Shown here piece after piece: positions 14,301 to 27,000 of a stretch of DNA of 64,000 nt; within the stretch, counting starts at the first letter, position 1, and each line of letters begins with the position of its first letter. Location of the stretch: assembly GCA_028534125.1 (NCBI GenBank), contig CM052817.1:22570001-22634000 (forward strand). Reading direction: 5' to 3'. The notes beneath the pieces were generated by a model that was given only the letters and a program-made list of their open reading frames with translations, was not told the origin of the DNA and ran no database searches. Source of the stretch: Lama glama (Eukaryota). Made by a program: the position numbers and the translations under genes.

Positions 14301-16939
14301 TCACACTAAATTGCAGTGCTAGATAATCACACTAAATAGTAAAACAGAACAGATATTATTTCTCGACAGAATGATTTAATAATCCAAGATTACCAACAAA
14401 TAAATGCAGTTTAACTTCGTGAGAAAAAAAAAAGAGGTTTAATCTGCTTCTTCAGGAACATACGTGTTTGAGTATATGTATATTTCTCACTTTTATCTTA
14501 AATTCCATGCACTTATAGGAACTCCACAATAATAACCATAAAAAAAACCTTTATGTAACATTTTGGAGTGTGAAGACAATGGCATTAAACTAGTAAAATC
14601 TTTGATGTCTGGGCTAGGCAGCAATACAGATGAAAGAACAAGAATTATGAGGGAGAAAGTAGAGTGGAGTCTGCTCTCTACCATATGAAAAGAGCTCATG
14701 AAAGCAGTGCCCCACTCTATGTAAGTCAACTCCCCCAAAATAACCCCATCCTTTCCCACCTCTAGACAGACTCTTACTAACATTTTTTAGTAATGTTGAT
14801 AATGCTTATTGACTTTGGTCTTCATCTTCAGATTTCACAGAGGAAATAACACAACCCTAAGAAGCTTGAAGAACAAACCATCGTATTGTGACATTTTTAC
14901 ACTCAAACCATTCTTGGTTCTGAATCTAAGAAAGAATCTAAGAAAGAAGAGAAAGCTAATTAACTAAAATAATACTCAGAATCTCACATGCAACCACTGG
15001 AATGCACACATGTAGGACAAAATGATTCTTGGTAAAATTAAGAATCCTTGGCTTTCCTTAGGACTGCTATTGGTAAGCTCTGATGAGACTAGGACTCATC
15101 CAAACCTTACTGTATTACTCACAGGAGGAAAATGAACCATACTCTGTTTCTTCTTTTTATTCCTCTTTTATTCTGAAATACTTCAGGTTTCTCCTCTTGA
15201 ACCTACCATTTAAAATTTTATCAATTTCGTTGAGATATAATTTTAAAAAGACAGTACAGTCTCTAACATACTCAACAGATCTAAGGTAACACCACAGTGC
15301 TGTAACTCAAGACACCCAACACTTGTCACATTTCCCTCTCAGCGCAATTATTTTTAATTATTATTTTTCAAGTAACAATTCTTAGTGCCTGCTGTGTGTT
15401 AGAAATATTGTAAGAAACTTTCAAATAAACGAGTATGTAATACACATTCTGTGTTTGGGGACACACACTCTAGATGAGGAAAGACACATATATTTGGTGA
15501 TTTTTAAAAATGTACTTTTTGTTTAAATAATATAATAGCCTCAGAAGATAAGTTAAGGTCTGGGTGAAAAAACTCAGATATTATGTGAGGTTTGTTATTT
15601 TCTGTGCTTTAAAGGATTAGAAAAAATTCATCTTTTAATTAGCATACATAAATGAATAACTGATGTAGAACATTTTCAAATCCAAATAGACTGAGGCACA
15701 GATTTGTTTATTAGTATTAAAATTAAGCAATTTTTTCCTCCCTTAACTTGAAGTTTGGTTGATATTACAAAAGTATCCATACTGACTCCTTTATCAATTC
15801 AGATATATAAGCAATACCCCAAAATTTTAAGATGGCTATTTAATGTAATAGCACCAATAATCAATAACACATAAATACACACACACACACACACACACAC
15901 TTCACTATTAGCCTTGAGATTTGACAATTATTTGAGAGTTTGGAAATTTATTTCAAGTTGCTTATCATTAAAAATAATAAAAATAAAGGTTACATTTGGT
16001 GGCAAAGAGTCACTTTCTAGTGATAATTTTATTTATATAGTCAGAGCATTTTAAACTAAATTCTTAGTTTTAAAAAAGATGGCTTGTGTATTAATTTAGA
16101 GGCTGTAGGACTTAATTACCCTTTTCAGTTTTCACTAAAAAATGTCTTTATGTGGGTTGTAAAAAGTTCTTAGCTAAACAACTGCTGAATCATTTTCCTC
16201 TTTAAATAAACTCAGCCTTTTAGCTTTTTCTTAGAAAAAAACATAGATTTTCTTCGGAGGTTAAATAAAATTCTTATTCCATTTGGACATTTTAGGTTCC
16301 TGCTGCTTTTTTAAAAAGGTAATAATGGAAGAGTAAGCTACAGTTGATTTTTGTTTTATCATATCAGCTATATCTGTTTGGGTTTCTTCATAAATGACTT
16401 AAAATACTTCAGCTACATATTCTGACAAAAGCTCATTTCTTTTACAATACATATTTAAATATTCTTAAATTATGACCCTTGTTGGTTTCCAATACACAGA
16501 TATGAAACTTCTGATGTAATAATTTACACAGTATAAATTTTATTTTCTCAGACTAGAGTAACTGAACTTTAAATATATGGAGAACATAAAGGGACACAGA
16601 TTGTGCAATCCATTTTGGAAATTTTACCCTGCTTCTGAAATTTCTACTTATCAAGTTAAATATAATTCCAAGATAACATTTTTAAAATATTTACTAAAAA
16701 CAATAATTCACAATAGAAGGTTAGCATACTATTTGATATGAAATATGAAATTTTGAGCAAATAGTTATTTTTTAGAATTAAGTAATTTTATTTTCTTTTC
16801 CATTGGAGAGTTTTATATGGCTGTCAAGGAAGTTAATTCCAATCCCCCTGCTCCTTCTTACAGGACCTAAAACATAATAGGAATTTAGTAAGCGTTTCTT
16901 GATTGAATGGAAAAAAAAAGAATATATTTGTAATATGTA

Positions 16940-17358
16940 GTTACTTTTTATTTTAAAATTAATAGGCTTTATTTTTGAGGATTTTTAGGTTTATAGAAGA
17001 ATTGAGTAGAACTTAGAGAAAATTTCCATATACTTCCACCTCTTGCCTCCCATCCCTAATTTCCCCTATTATCAATTTTTTGTATTGTAAAATCTATGGG
17101 TTTTGAAAAATGTACAGTGACATGTACTTGCAATTATGGTAATTATGGTATTATGCAGAATAGTTTTACTGCCCTGAAAATCCCCTGTATTCCACCTATT
17201 CATCTTTCTCTCCCTCCTCCCAACACCTGGCAACCACTGGTCTTTTTATTTTCTCTGTAGTTTTGCCTTTTCCAGAATGTCATATAGTTTGAATTCTATA
17301 GCATATGGCCTTTTTTTTCCAGACTGACTTCTTTCTCTCAGTAATATCCACTTTTTTT
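16940..17358 (-). mobile_element. Old L1 3' end (L1MC-like)
   Basis: CCTGGCAACCACTGGTCTTTTT..GTTTTGCCTTTTCCAGAATGTCATATAGTT. Confidence 0.7.
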
Positions 17359-17994
17359 NNNNNNNNNNNNNNNNNNNNNNNNNNNNNNNNNNNNNNNNNN
17401 NNNNNNNNNNNNNNNNNNNNNNNNNNNNNNNNNNNNNNNNNNNNNNNNNNNNNNNNNNNNNNNNNNNNNNNNNNNNNNNNNNNNNNNNNNNNNNNNNNNN
17501 NNNNNNNNNNNNNNNNNNNNNNNNNNNNNNNNNNNNNNNNNNNNNNNNNNNNNNNNNNNNNNNNNNNNNNNNNNNNNNNNNNNNNNNNNNNNNNNNNNNN
17601 NNNNNNNNNNNNNNNNNNNNNNNNNNNNNNNNNNNNNNNNNNNNNNNNNNNNNNNNNNNNNNNNNNNNNNNNNNNNNNNNNNNNNNNNNNNNNNNNNNNN
17701 NNNNNNNNNNNNNNNNNNNNNNNNNNNNNNNNNNNNNNNNNNNNNNNNNNNNNNNNNNNNNNNNNNNNNNNNNNNNNNNNNNNNNNNNNNNNNNNNNNNN
17801 NNNNNNNNNNNNNNNNNNNNNNNNNNNNNNNNNNNNNNNNNNNNNNNNNNNNNNNNNNAATTTTATGTTGCCATGTGGCATAAAATTTCACATACAGCTT
17901 GCATTAAGGGCTTTATCTGAACTTCCAGTTAGAGATAATGCCACCCTGGGTGATAGGCTGAGGGTGAAGAAAGGCAAATAAGAGGAAATGTGGA

Positions 17995-18338
17995 GAATGT
18001 CATTCTAAGTGAAGTAAGCCAGAAAGAGAAAGAAAACTACCATATGAGATCGCTCATATGTGGAATCTAAAGACTCATGGACAGAGAATACAGACTTGTG
18101 GTTACCAGGGGGGTAGAGGGTGGGAAGGGATAGACTGGGATTTCAAAATTGTAGAATAGATAAACAAGATTACACTGTATAGCACAGGGAAATATACACA
18201 AAATGTTATGATAAATCACAGAGAAAGAAATGTGACAATGAGTGTGTATATGTCCATGAATGACTGAAAAATTGTGCTGAACACTGGAATTTGACACAAC
18301 ATTGTAAAATGATTATAAATCAAAAAAAAGTTAAAAAA
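17995..18338 (+). mobile_element. 5'-truncated young L1 (ORF2 end, 3' UTR, poly-A)
   Basis: Matches the ORF2 end of the 60-62 kb L1; perfect 15-bp TSD AAGAGGAAATGTGGA at 17980-17994 and 18339-18353. Confidence 0.9.
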
Positions 18339-18479
18339 AAGAGGAAATGTGGAAGACATACAAGAAATAAACTCATAAAAAGAGGGTCCTCAATTATCAG
18401 AAAACTTGAATTTTGGATTTCAAGCAAAGAGCATGCAATTTGGAATTTCTATTATAAAACATGGCATATTATTTTAATC

Positions 18480-18843
18480 AGTTCAAGCTACCAGACAGAA
18501 ACACCACAGACTGGCTAACTTAAACAAAAGAAAATTATTGCTCATAGTTCTGGAGGCTGGAATGTCCAACATCAAGGTTCTGGCAAAGTAGGTTTCATTC
18601 TGGGGCCTCTCCTCTGGGTTTGTAGGCAGTCCCCATCTCATCGTGAGCTCTTTGTGTGCACCTGGACAAAGAGCTTTCTGATGTTTCTTTTTAGAAGGAC
18701 CATACTGTCAGATCAGGGCCCTACCAATGTCACCTAATTTAGCCTTAATTATCTCCAAAAGACCCTGTCTCCCAATATGGTTATGTTGTGGGTTAGGGCT
18801 TCAACCTATGAATCTGAAGGAGACATAATTCAGTCCATGACAC
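18480..18843 (-). mobile_element. MaLR LTR (MLT1A/B-like)
   Basis: CTCATAGTTCTGGAGGCTGGAA..CATCAAGGT..GGGTTAGGGCTTCAACCTATGAAT..CATAATTCAGTCCATGACA pattern. Confidence 0.75.
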
Positions 18844-21800
18844 ATATCAAATCTCAGATTAAGGGAAAGCATGTGGAAGCTGTAATTTGTTGTTTCAGGG
18901 TCTACATAAATGGCTGTCTACACAGTCAGAGTCTGTTTGTTAGATTCACAGCATATAGGCCACACTGGTCCCCGTGGTAAACAGTGAGTGTATAATGGTA
19001 CGCTTTCCTTCTGAGCTCCAATTTAGTTTAAGTCCTCTTCAATCACCATCCCAACTTAGTGAAGATGGACCGTGAGAAGCCAATCCGCCATCCCAACTGT
19101 GGTGAAGGAGTAATGTAGCACAGGTTTATGGGAGGTAATCATAGTGCATCTCTCAAAAAGGAGATACAAGAATTTTTAAAATGACACTTCCCCTAGTTTT
19201 AAAGCCACCAGACAGTTTCCAGAGCTGCCAGTGAACTATAGCCCAGACAAGCTGGACTTGCGACTGCGTATTTAGTAGCAACTTTTAAGAGATCCAGGGG
19301 TGGTTTCTAAGTGAAGCAGAGTCCACATTTTGAAGCAGAATCTCACATCTATTCCACAGAGTGAAGGATCCTACATGGAATTAGTATGATGTCAAAATAT
19401 GACATTTCCTTTTTCACAGGCAAAATATTTTACTTGTATTTTAATTAATATTTTCGGTAACTTCTTACTTGAGTCGTATGAGAAAGTCAAATAAATGAGA
19501 TGTGCAGCATATAATTTTACAGCTGTGGCAGAAACTTCCTGTCTTTCCCATAAGTTGTGATCCTTCTGATCATAGTATGCAGAAATACAATTCTGAGATT
19601 ATTGTTGTACATTTTTCCTTAACAGAAATTGACTTCTAAAATACTGGGATGTGGCTTTCAGGTGGTATAAAAAGTTCAAATATTTTTAATCAAATCATGT
19701 TTGAATATTTGTTAAATTTTCAATATACATAGTTGTCAAATTTATCTATATACATATTGAAGTAACTAATATGTAACAGAACTGTGCCATGTACTTTCAT
19801 ATGTATTATCCTATTTAATATATTAAAAAATCATATTTAATAGATATTGCTTCCTTTAATTTATATAAGGCAGCAGTATTTTTTATTATATTGAATTGTT
19901 AGACATATATATTCCATGTAGATATATATATTCCATTTGCAACAGCAAATTGCAATATTTGAAAATCACCAATAATCTGTTATCTCAGAAAATTATTAAT
20001 ATTTGCTCACATATATTTCAGTTTTATCTGCTTATTTAATACAGTAATTATTTGCAGGTTAAAACAGTATAACAGAATTCATTCTAGCATTTATCTAACT
20101 TCAACTTAACACTTATGAATACATTTCCATTATTATTACAAGGCACATTGTCACTTTTTAGATGTTGAGTAGCTATTAAAGGATGTATCATGGTTTATAT
20201 AACGAGCAATCACTTGGGAGAATTTGTATGGTTTTTAATATTTTGTTATTATAAATAACTCTATAATAATTTTATTCTAATTTATTTCCATAGGTAAATT
20301 TGGAAATGGTATTAATATATCAAAGAAAAATCACATTTGAATTTTAATACATATTCTCAAATTGTTCTCTACTTTTTCTTTCACCAAGAGTCACCAGCTC
20401 TTATTGAGAAAATGAGACACCACCTGACACCATTCTAGCACCGAATTACCTTGAAATTTTTAAGGGGGAATTTGCAGGAGGAAGCCTAATGAATATCACA
20501 TCATAGTAGGATATAAATAGTCACTACTGGCTATTGTATCCTGATCGACATCTTTTTAATTTCTGATACAGGTAAACCCTTAGAATAACATCAAGTACAC
20601 TAGACCCTGTTTGCACAAAACAAAGAAATACTGAACATCATCAGTGCTCTGAGATGTAGTAAGCAATACTGAAACAAGCAGAAGGCATGTCATTCTGCTT
20701 GTTCATGTATCCTTTTCGAAGCCAAGATAATTAAAATAACATATAACTTGGGAGCAAAATTTCCACTCATAGGTATATATTTAAATGTGTGAATTCACTG
20801 AATCAGGTTCTAGATTTCTCTAAACAGAAAACTATATATTTTTTTCCCTTGGCACTATACATAGGTTCTTGTTAAAACAGTTTAGGCGTCCTTCTTCTAT
20901 GCTTCCATAATATCCACTGTGCATCGAACCTGTCTCCTCCCCAAGTATCACCAAGGATGATGCAGCTTCCGGGAAAACGCTTAGTACTATTTTTCTTGAG
21001 TCTCTCTAATGCTCAGTGCTGGTAAATGATCAACAAATGAAAAATGATTGTTCATTTTCTTCCTTGCTTTATTTTTCTCTACAGTACTCAGTATCTCGAT
21101 ATTTTGTATAGTTTTCTTCATGATTTCTTTACCACTTACTGTACCCAATTCTAGACCAAAAGCGTGGTGAGGGCATGGGTTTTTGCTTTGGTCACTACTC
21201 TAGCATTACACAGAATAATGGCAAACATGCAGAAATGCAATGGATATTTTGAAATTAATTGAATGATTAAATGAACACATGTGTGATCTGGCATTTCAAA
21301 TGACTATATGGAAATATAATACGATGTAGACTTAAGTATTATTTCATGTTAAAGAATGAAGTATGATTTTGAAAATAATATCTATTAGTAAGCAGATACT
21401 ATATACCAGGCCTTTCAAACCTCACAATATTTAATATCCATAGTAAACACATCAAGCAGGTATTATTATATCCATTTGATAGATAGTAAAACTGATAATA
21501 GGGCATATTAAATCTTCACAGAAGTTTTTATTAGCTGTCAAATGATTGTGTCAAGCTTCATCCCAGGTTTTTTTTTTCAGTCATTGGTGTTTATACTTCT
21601 TTCCCTATGCAACACTGCCGACAGCCTAAAGTAAAAAATAATATGGTATGAGTTATTCTGGATATATGCTGAAATTTTTATAAATGCATTACTTGAGAAA
21701 GGGAGCAAGTAGTAAGTATGCAAGTAGTATTTATGACACAATTTTTCAAAAATTTTCATTATCATATACCAGTTAATTACATTTTATGATGTTCAATAAA

Positions 21801-21879
21801 AGAAAAATTTTGAAATACACAAAATTGTCTTTGTATATCTTCTAATCATTGCAGACTTAGGTGAAAAATCTCTATGGTA

Positions 21880-22410
21880 TGGGACTCTAGTGTGGCTCTC
21901 ATAATCCCTACCTTCTGATGATAGCACCTTTGTATTCTCTTCCAAGCATGCCCTCAAGCGGCAGATATGGGACCATGTGATTATATGTCTATAATTACAT
22001 TACATGACAGTGGAACCCACCTTTCTAGGAGACACTTTCTCTTACGGGCTTTGAAGGCACAGACTGTCAGTTGTGAGCTGTTATATGGAGAAGGCCACAG
22101 AGCAAGGAACAGAGGGTGGCCACTGGCCCCCAGCCAGCCAGAAACTGAGGCCCTGAGTCTAGTAGCCTTCTATGTACTTACTGGATACTGTCAAGAAACA
22201 CAAGGTGGGCAAGAGTACCTCCCCCGGTGAGCCTCAGCTGAGCCCACAGTCCTGGCTGACACCCTGACTACAGCTCTGTGAGGCCATGAAGCTCAACTAC
22301 ATCCCGCCCACGGTCAGGCTCTGGACCCACAGAAACTGTGAAACAATACATTTTCCTTGTTTATGCTAAAAGTTTGTGGTATTATTGTTATTTCAATAGA
22401 TAACTAATAT
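21880..22410 (+). mobile_element. MaLR LTR (MLT1F/G-like)
   Basis: CAGCCAGCCAGAAACTGAGGCCCTGAGTC..CTGGACCCACAGAAACTGTGA..AGTTTGTGGTATTATTGTTA..TAGATAACTAATA. Confidence 0.7.
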
Positions 22411-22872
22411 AATCCCATATATATGATTTATACCTTATCATTGGCTTTCTGATTTACCAGAAATTTTAATTAAAAAATAAGTGCCTTAAATTGTATATGT
22501 GTGTGCACACATCCACACAGACATACACATATGCCCATATAAAAATGTGTGACTCAGAGAGAGGTATATTTGACAGTTACTTAAAATATTTGTCATTAAG
22601 ATATGCTTTATTCAAATAAGCATGGTTGAACTGATTTTGCCTTTAAGTTTCTAAGCTTCATAAAATGAATTGAATTTTTTATAAGTGATGAGAAACATGG
22701 GTAAAGCTCTCTTAGTAGACTGGTCAAAAAGTTGAGAGCCTGAGGTTTTACCAATTACTAGCTTCCAGGAAATGCCAGCTTCAGAGGTCAGCACTATTAA
22801 TACAAACTATGAAAATATAAAAATGTTTTAAAATCCTTTCTGTGTGATTAAAGGTTAAAAGCTGAAGTATGC

Positions 22873-22900
22873 GTTGCCATGGCAACAGTGTTTTGTTTAC
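22873..22900. promoter_or_regulatory. Perfect RFX X-box palindrome with an adjacent forkhead motif
   Basis: GTTGCCATGGCAAC at 22873-22886; TGTTTAC at 22894-22900. Confidence 0.5.
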
Positions 22901-23283
22901 AGAACTTGTCTTTTCTAGAACTTGTCCTTTAAATGGTAGGAAACAACCACTTCAGTCTTAACATTGTATTACGCTCTTAGCTTTCATTAGTGAAATAATG
23001 TTTGTTCATTTTTCAATAAGAAGCATAAAATGTTCCAATGTTCATTTTGTCCATTTATTTAATGGCATTAGTAGGCTTGTTACTTAAATACATCTAAAGA
23101 AAATGAATATGTACTGGTTAATCCAATTGAACCCATGTTAATACACTACTGTGGGTCTAAACATTGGTAAATATAACAAATTCTCACTGATACACAGATT
23201 GGAATGTTGTAATGCTCTGCTTCCCTGTGATTTACTCTGGTGCAAGGACTATTTCATTTGCCAACTTCTACTTTCTGATAAGC

Positions 23284-23630
23284 TGTATTAGTCAGGATAA
23301 GATAGGCTTTGTAGTTGTAACAATCAACTCTGACATGGCAGTGGCTTTAAACATCACACACTTGTTTCTTGCTTTCATGAAATTACCTAGGGTCCATACT
23401 CCCCAGGATATTTGGCTGCCATGCAGCACTTTAGTGACAGATAGCTTCTGCTCTATGCTCTACCATCTCAATACAAAGACTTGTGGTTGCCCTAATAGAG
23501 GAAGAGAATGCTGGAGGATTTTGCACTGACCTGAAGGGACACACATCTATTCTGCTCGTAGCCCTTTGGCTACAATTTATTCCATGGCCCTGCCTACTGC
23601 AAGAAGGCTAGGACAAATAGGGAAGTGCTG
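23284..23630 (-). mobile_element. Old MaLR LTR (MLT1J/K/L-like)
   Basis: TGTATTAGTCAGGATAAGATAGGC..GTAACAA..GTGGCTTTAAAC..CCATGGCCCTGCCTACTGCAAG. Confidence 0.6.
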
Positions 23631-24042
23631 ATGACGTTTGCCAAGCATTCGTAACCCTCCCACATCTATATATTCACTTACTTGCCTTGCCTTCACACCT
23701 TGGGAGCATTCTCTTTTTCTTTTTAACCACCCACAAGCCTCTCCCTTTGATCTGCCATACTCTTCAATCTGTAATGCCCACATCATCCATAATAGACCAG
23801 AGCTCATATTTTACTACACTAGTCTAACCCCTGTCAATATTACTTCGATTCAATTTTTGGAAATAATATTTAGGGCTTCCTGGTCTCCTGGTCCTTAATC
23901 CGCAGTCCCTTGTTTCTTCCTATTATCATTATCATTATAAGGATCATCTCAGTTCTTGCTTTATTGTCTGCTTTCTTTACATGATGTAGTAATAGGCTAT
24001 GCACAAAGAAAATTAAGTTCTCAGGTCTCAGTTTTCAGTATC

Positions 24043-24046
<4 letters not shown>

Positions 24047-24091
<45 letters not shown>
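24047..24091. repeat. (AT)n(AC)n compound microsatellite
   Basis: Directly visible. Confidence 0.95.
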
Positions 24092-27000
24092 TTTGGATTT
24101 GTTCAGTATTTGTTGACACTCTCATATTGTTGGTTCATCAATCACTATTCCCACAATTAAAATAACTTTATAACATTTTTTTCTCGTTCTCTTTTTTCCA
24201 TATTCCTTGAAATGAAATATGTCATTTTGTTTCACAAACTTGTGAACTTTTACTTGCTAGATTGCCCTTTTTTTGAGTTAAGAAATTTATATCATTAAAA
24301 AAATTCAATCGACATTTCAGGGCTACTTAAATAGAAAGGCTCGTCTTGTCTACAAGTCCCTTGTTCATTTTTCTAGACTGCCATGATGCTGTGAGCTATG
24401 CAAAGGTTTATTATAATAGATCAGATTGCATTATTCTCACTTTGATTTTGATATCTGTCTATCTGTCTGTCTATCTATATCTATCCATCTCTATCTCCCT
24501 ACCTCTTTCTTTAACTTTCTATTGCTATGAACTTGAGAATTCTATAACATGTAAAATTCTCATGTTATGGCCACCTATGCTTCAGAGAAGCTATAGGTTA
24601 CAAAATTTACACTATTAATTGTTGTGACAACTAAAGAGTTTAGTATAGTACTTATGCATATTTTAGTGCCCAGTGAATGCTAACTTCCATTACTATTAAA
24701 AGAAATAATAATATTTGGGAATAGAAGATATTAGAGCTTACCATGGTATAAACTTGGTACATCACTTATTACTTTTCACTTATTCATGGAGCTTACTTTT
24801 CAAATACTATGACTCATTTGAGTAGATAATTCTTACAACATTAAAATAATAAACACAATAAATGCAAAATTCTGGGTTTGTGATTATTTGCTTTCAATTA
24901 TTTGTCTAAAAGGTGAGAGAAATAGTATGAATAGAGGATGAAATTAGAAAATGTTCTGCTGAAAAAGTTGAGAACGTTCTGAGAAAGGCTGTGTGATATG
25001 AAATAACTGCAAATAATAAGTTGAAGTAACTAGTAGGTAAATTATTTTGAGCCTCTTTTTTAACCAGTAGCTACCAAGAGCTGCAAGAGCATCAACAAAA
25101 TATTTCCTCAAAATATGAAGCTTACGAGTCTCCTGAGCTCCCTGATGTTTGCAATCTACTCCAGTCTAAATGTTCCCTCATTTTGCATCAATCATCTAAT
25201 GATCTAGATTGCCCATTGCTTCCAGCTCTCTTTTGATGTTTTATTTGGTTAAAGGAAAATCAGCTTTACATTGTGAACAGGCATACTGTTAGTGAACTGT
25301 GAAATTGTGAGGAATTGTGTGGTAATTACGGAATATTAGCTCTCCACGGACATGTTGCTTCAACGTGGGAAGAACTGCCAAGAGAATGTAAGTTTCTCTC
25401 CTCAGTAGTCCATCGTTACAGCGACAGTTGTGGAAATCAAAGTGAGATGTGGAGCCATTTTTGATTGCCTTAAACGGTACGTTTATACATGTCAGCAAGA
25501 ACCAATGCTTCTGTATAAATTGAAAAGAAAACGAAACAGACTGTGGATGTAGAGTCTCTTGGGTTGAATGGAGGTGGATCAGCTTGTACTTAACATCTGT
25601 TCAGGCTGGAAATGCAGGGGAAGCTTAATATGTTTACTCAATCATATTGACTTCCTGGGTGCCAAGGCAGAAAATCTGAAACACATGACCTCTGTTCACA
25701 CTATGAGCGAGCTGTTTAGAACAAAGGTGATGATCCTGGAAGAAAATGTGGAGATGCTGTCTCAGGCGCCAGCACAGTTGGAATACTTTGCTGCCAGCAA
25801 TCGACAGCCCTTAAATATCGACATTGCAGGCTTTTGTCAACTAGTGTACAGGGCAACCTCTAAAAACATTTAAGAAGGACTAGGAGACAAAACGGGCATA
25901 TTTCTTAACATAGCAAAAGAATATCCAAATATGGGCTCCAAACCTTTTCATTTTTCCCCTTGCAACTCAATACAAAATTATCATGCATTGAATGGAGCAT
26001 TCTAATCCAAACAGTTGTTTGTGAAGCCCAATTGTGAAGCTAAATTTCAGTCTCCTTTTTTGAAATCTTTCCTGCAAGCTTAAATACTTTGGCTAGCCAG
26101 ATAACATGTAGTTAAAGTATCAGAAGGGGAAGTCATAAGGAATGCAATTGGTATGTAATCCTCTTTCCTTCAAAATGTTGTGAAACAAAAAAAAAATCAT
26201 AAAATAAAAATTAATGTCAGAAGAAAGTCTTATCAGATTTAATCTAATTGGGGTTTGTTGTTGTAGTTTTAGGTTTTGTTTGTTAGTTAACAAATACACT
26301 CTGTCTCTCTGTCTTTGATTGCCAAATGTAAGATTGTAAAATGCCCAGGGTTTTTGTCTTGTGGTTGTTATTCAATTTAAATTTCACACTCCCCAAATTG
26401 CCCTTGTTTTGGTGGGCAAGATGGCAAGACAGTAGCTACAATTCAGTGGGATGAAGTGCTTTACTATAGTCCATAGATTATACTGAGAGTGGTCAGTGGG
26501 AGGAGCAAGTAACTATGCTTGGGGGAATACAACAGGTCACAGAGTCAGCCTTTGAGATGCAGCTTAAAGCTTGAACAAAAATTCACTAACTGGAGGGCGA
26601 AAGAATATAGCCTACTAAGGGGAGGGCCTTTGGGAATGACAAGGATGTATTCAAAGGCCTGGAAATTTCAATAATGTTCTTCAGTTGGAATTAAAGGTAT
26701 GTTGGGTGCAGAGATAAAGTTGAAAAGACAAGTGGCTGAAAGGTTAGATCAGAGGTTATCGTCAAGGGCTGTCGATGTCAAACTAACGAGATTATATTTT
26801 AGCGAGGAGGTCTGTGGTCTGCAAAGTGGGGTGTAGGTAACCTTCTTTCCTCCTCCTCCATCCTGTTGCCTTCTGTATCCTCTTCTTCCTTGTGAAACAA
26901 TTTCTCTGTCCACCCTCCACGTCTGATATCACATCAACAGCATCCTTGGTACTCTTGTCCATGAGTAGCATTAGATGAGAACATTCTGATATGTACTTTC

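Noticed and set aside
25568..25873. 101-aa ORF as a host gene
   Set aside because: No recognisable domain or supporting exon structure; the length is within chance.
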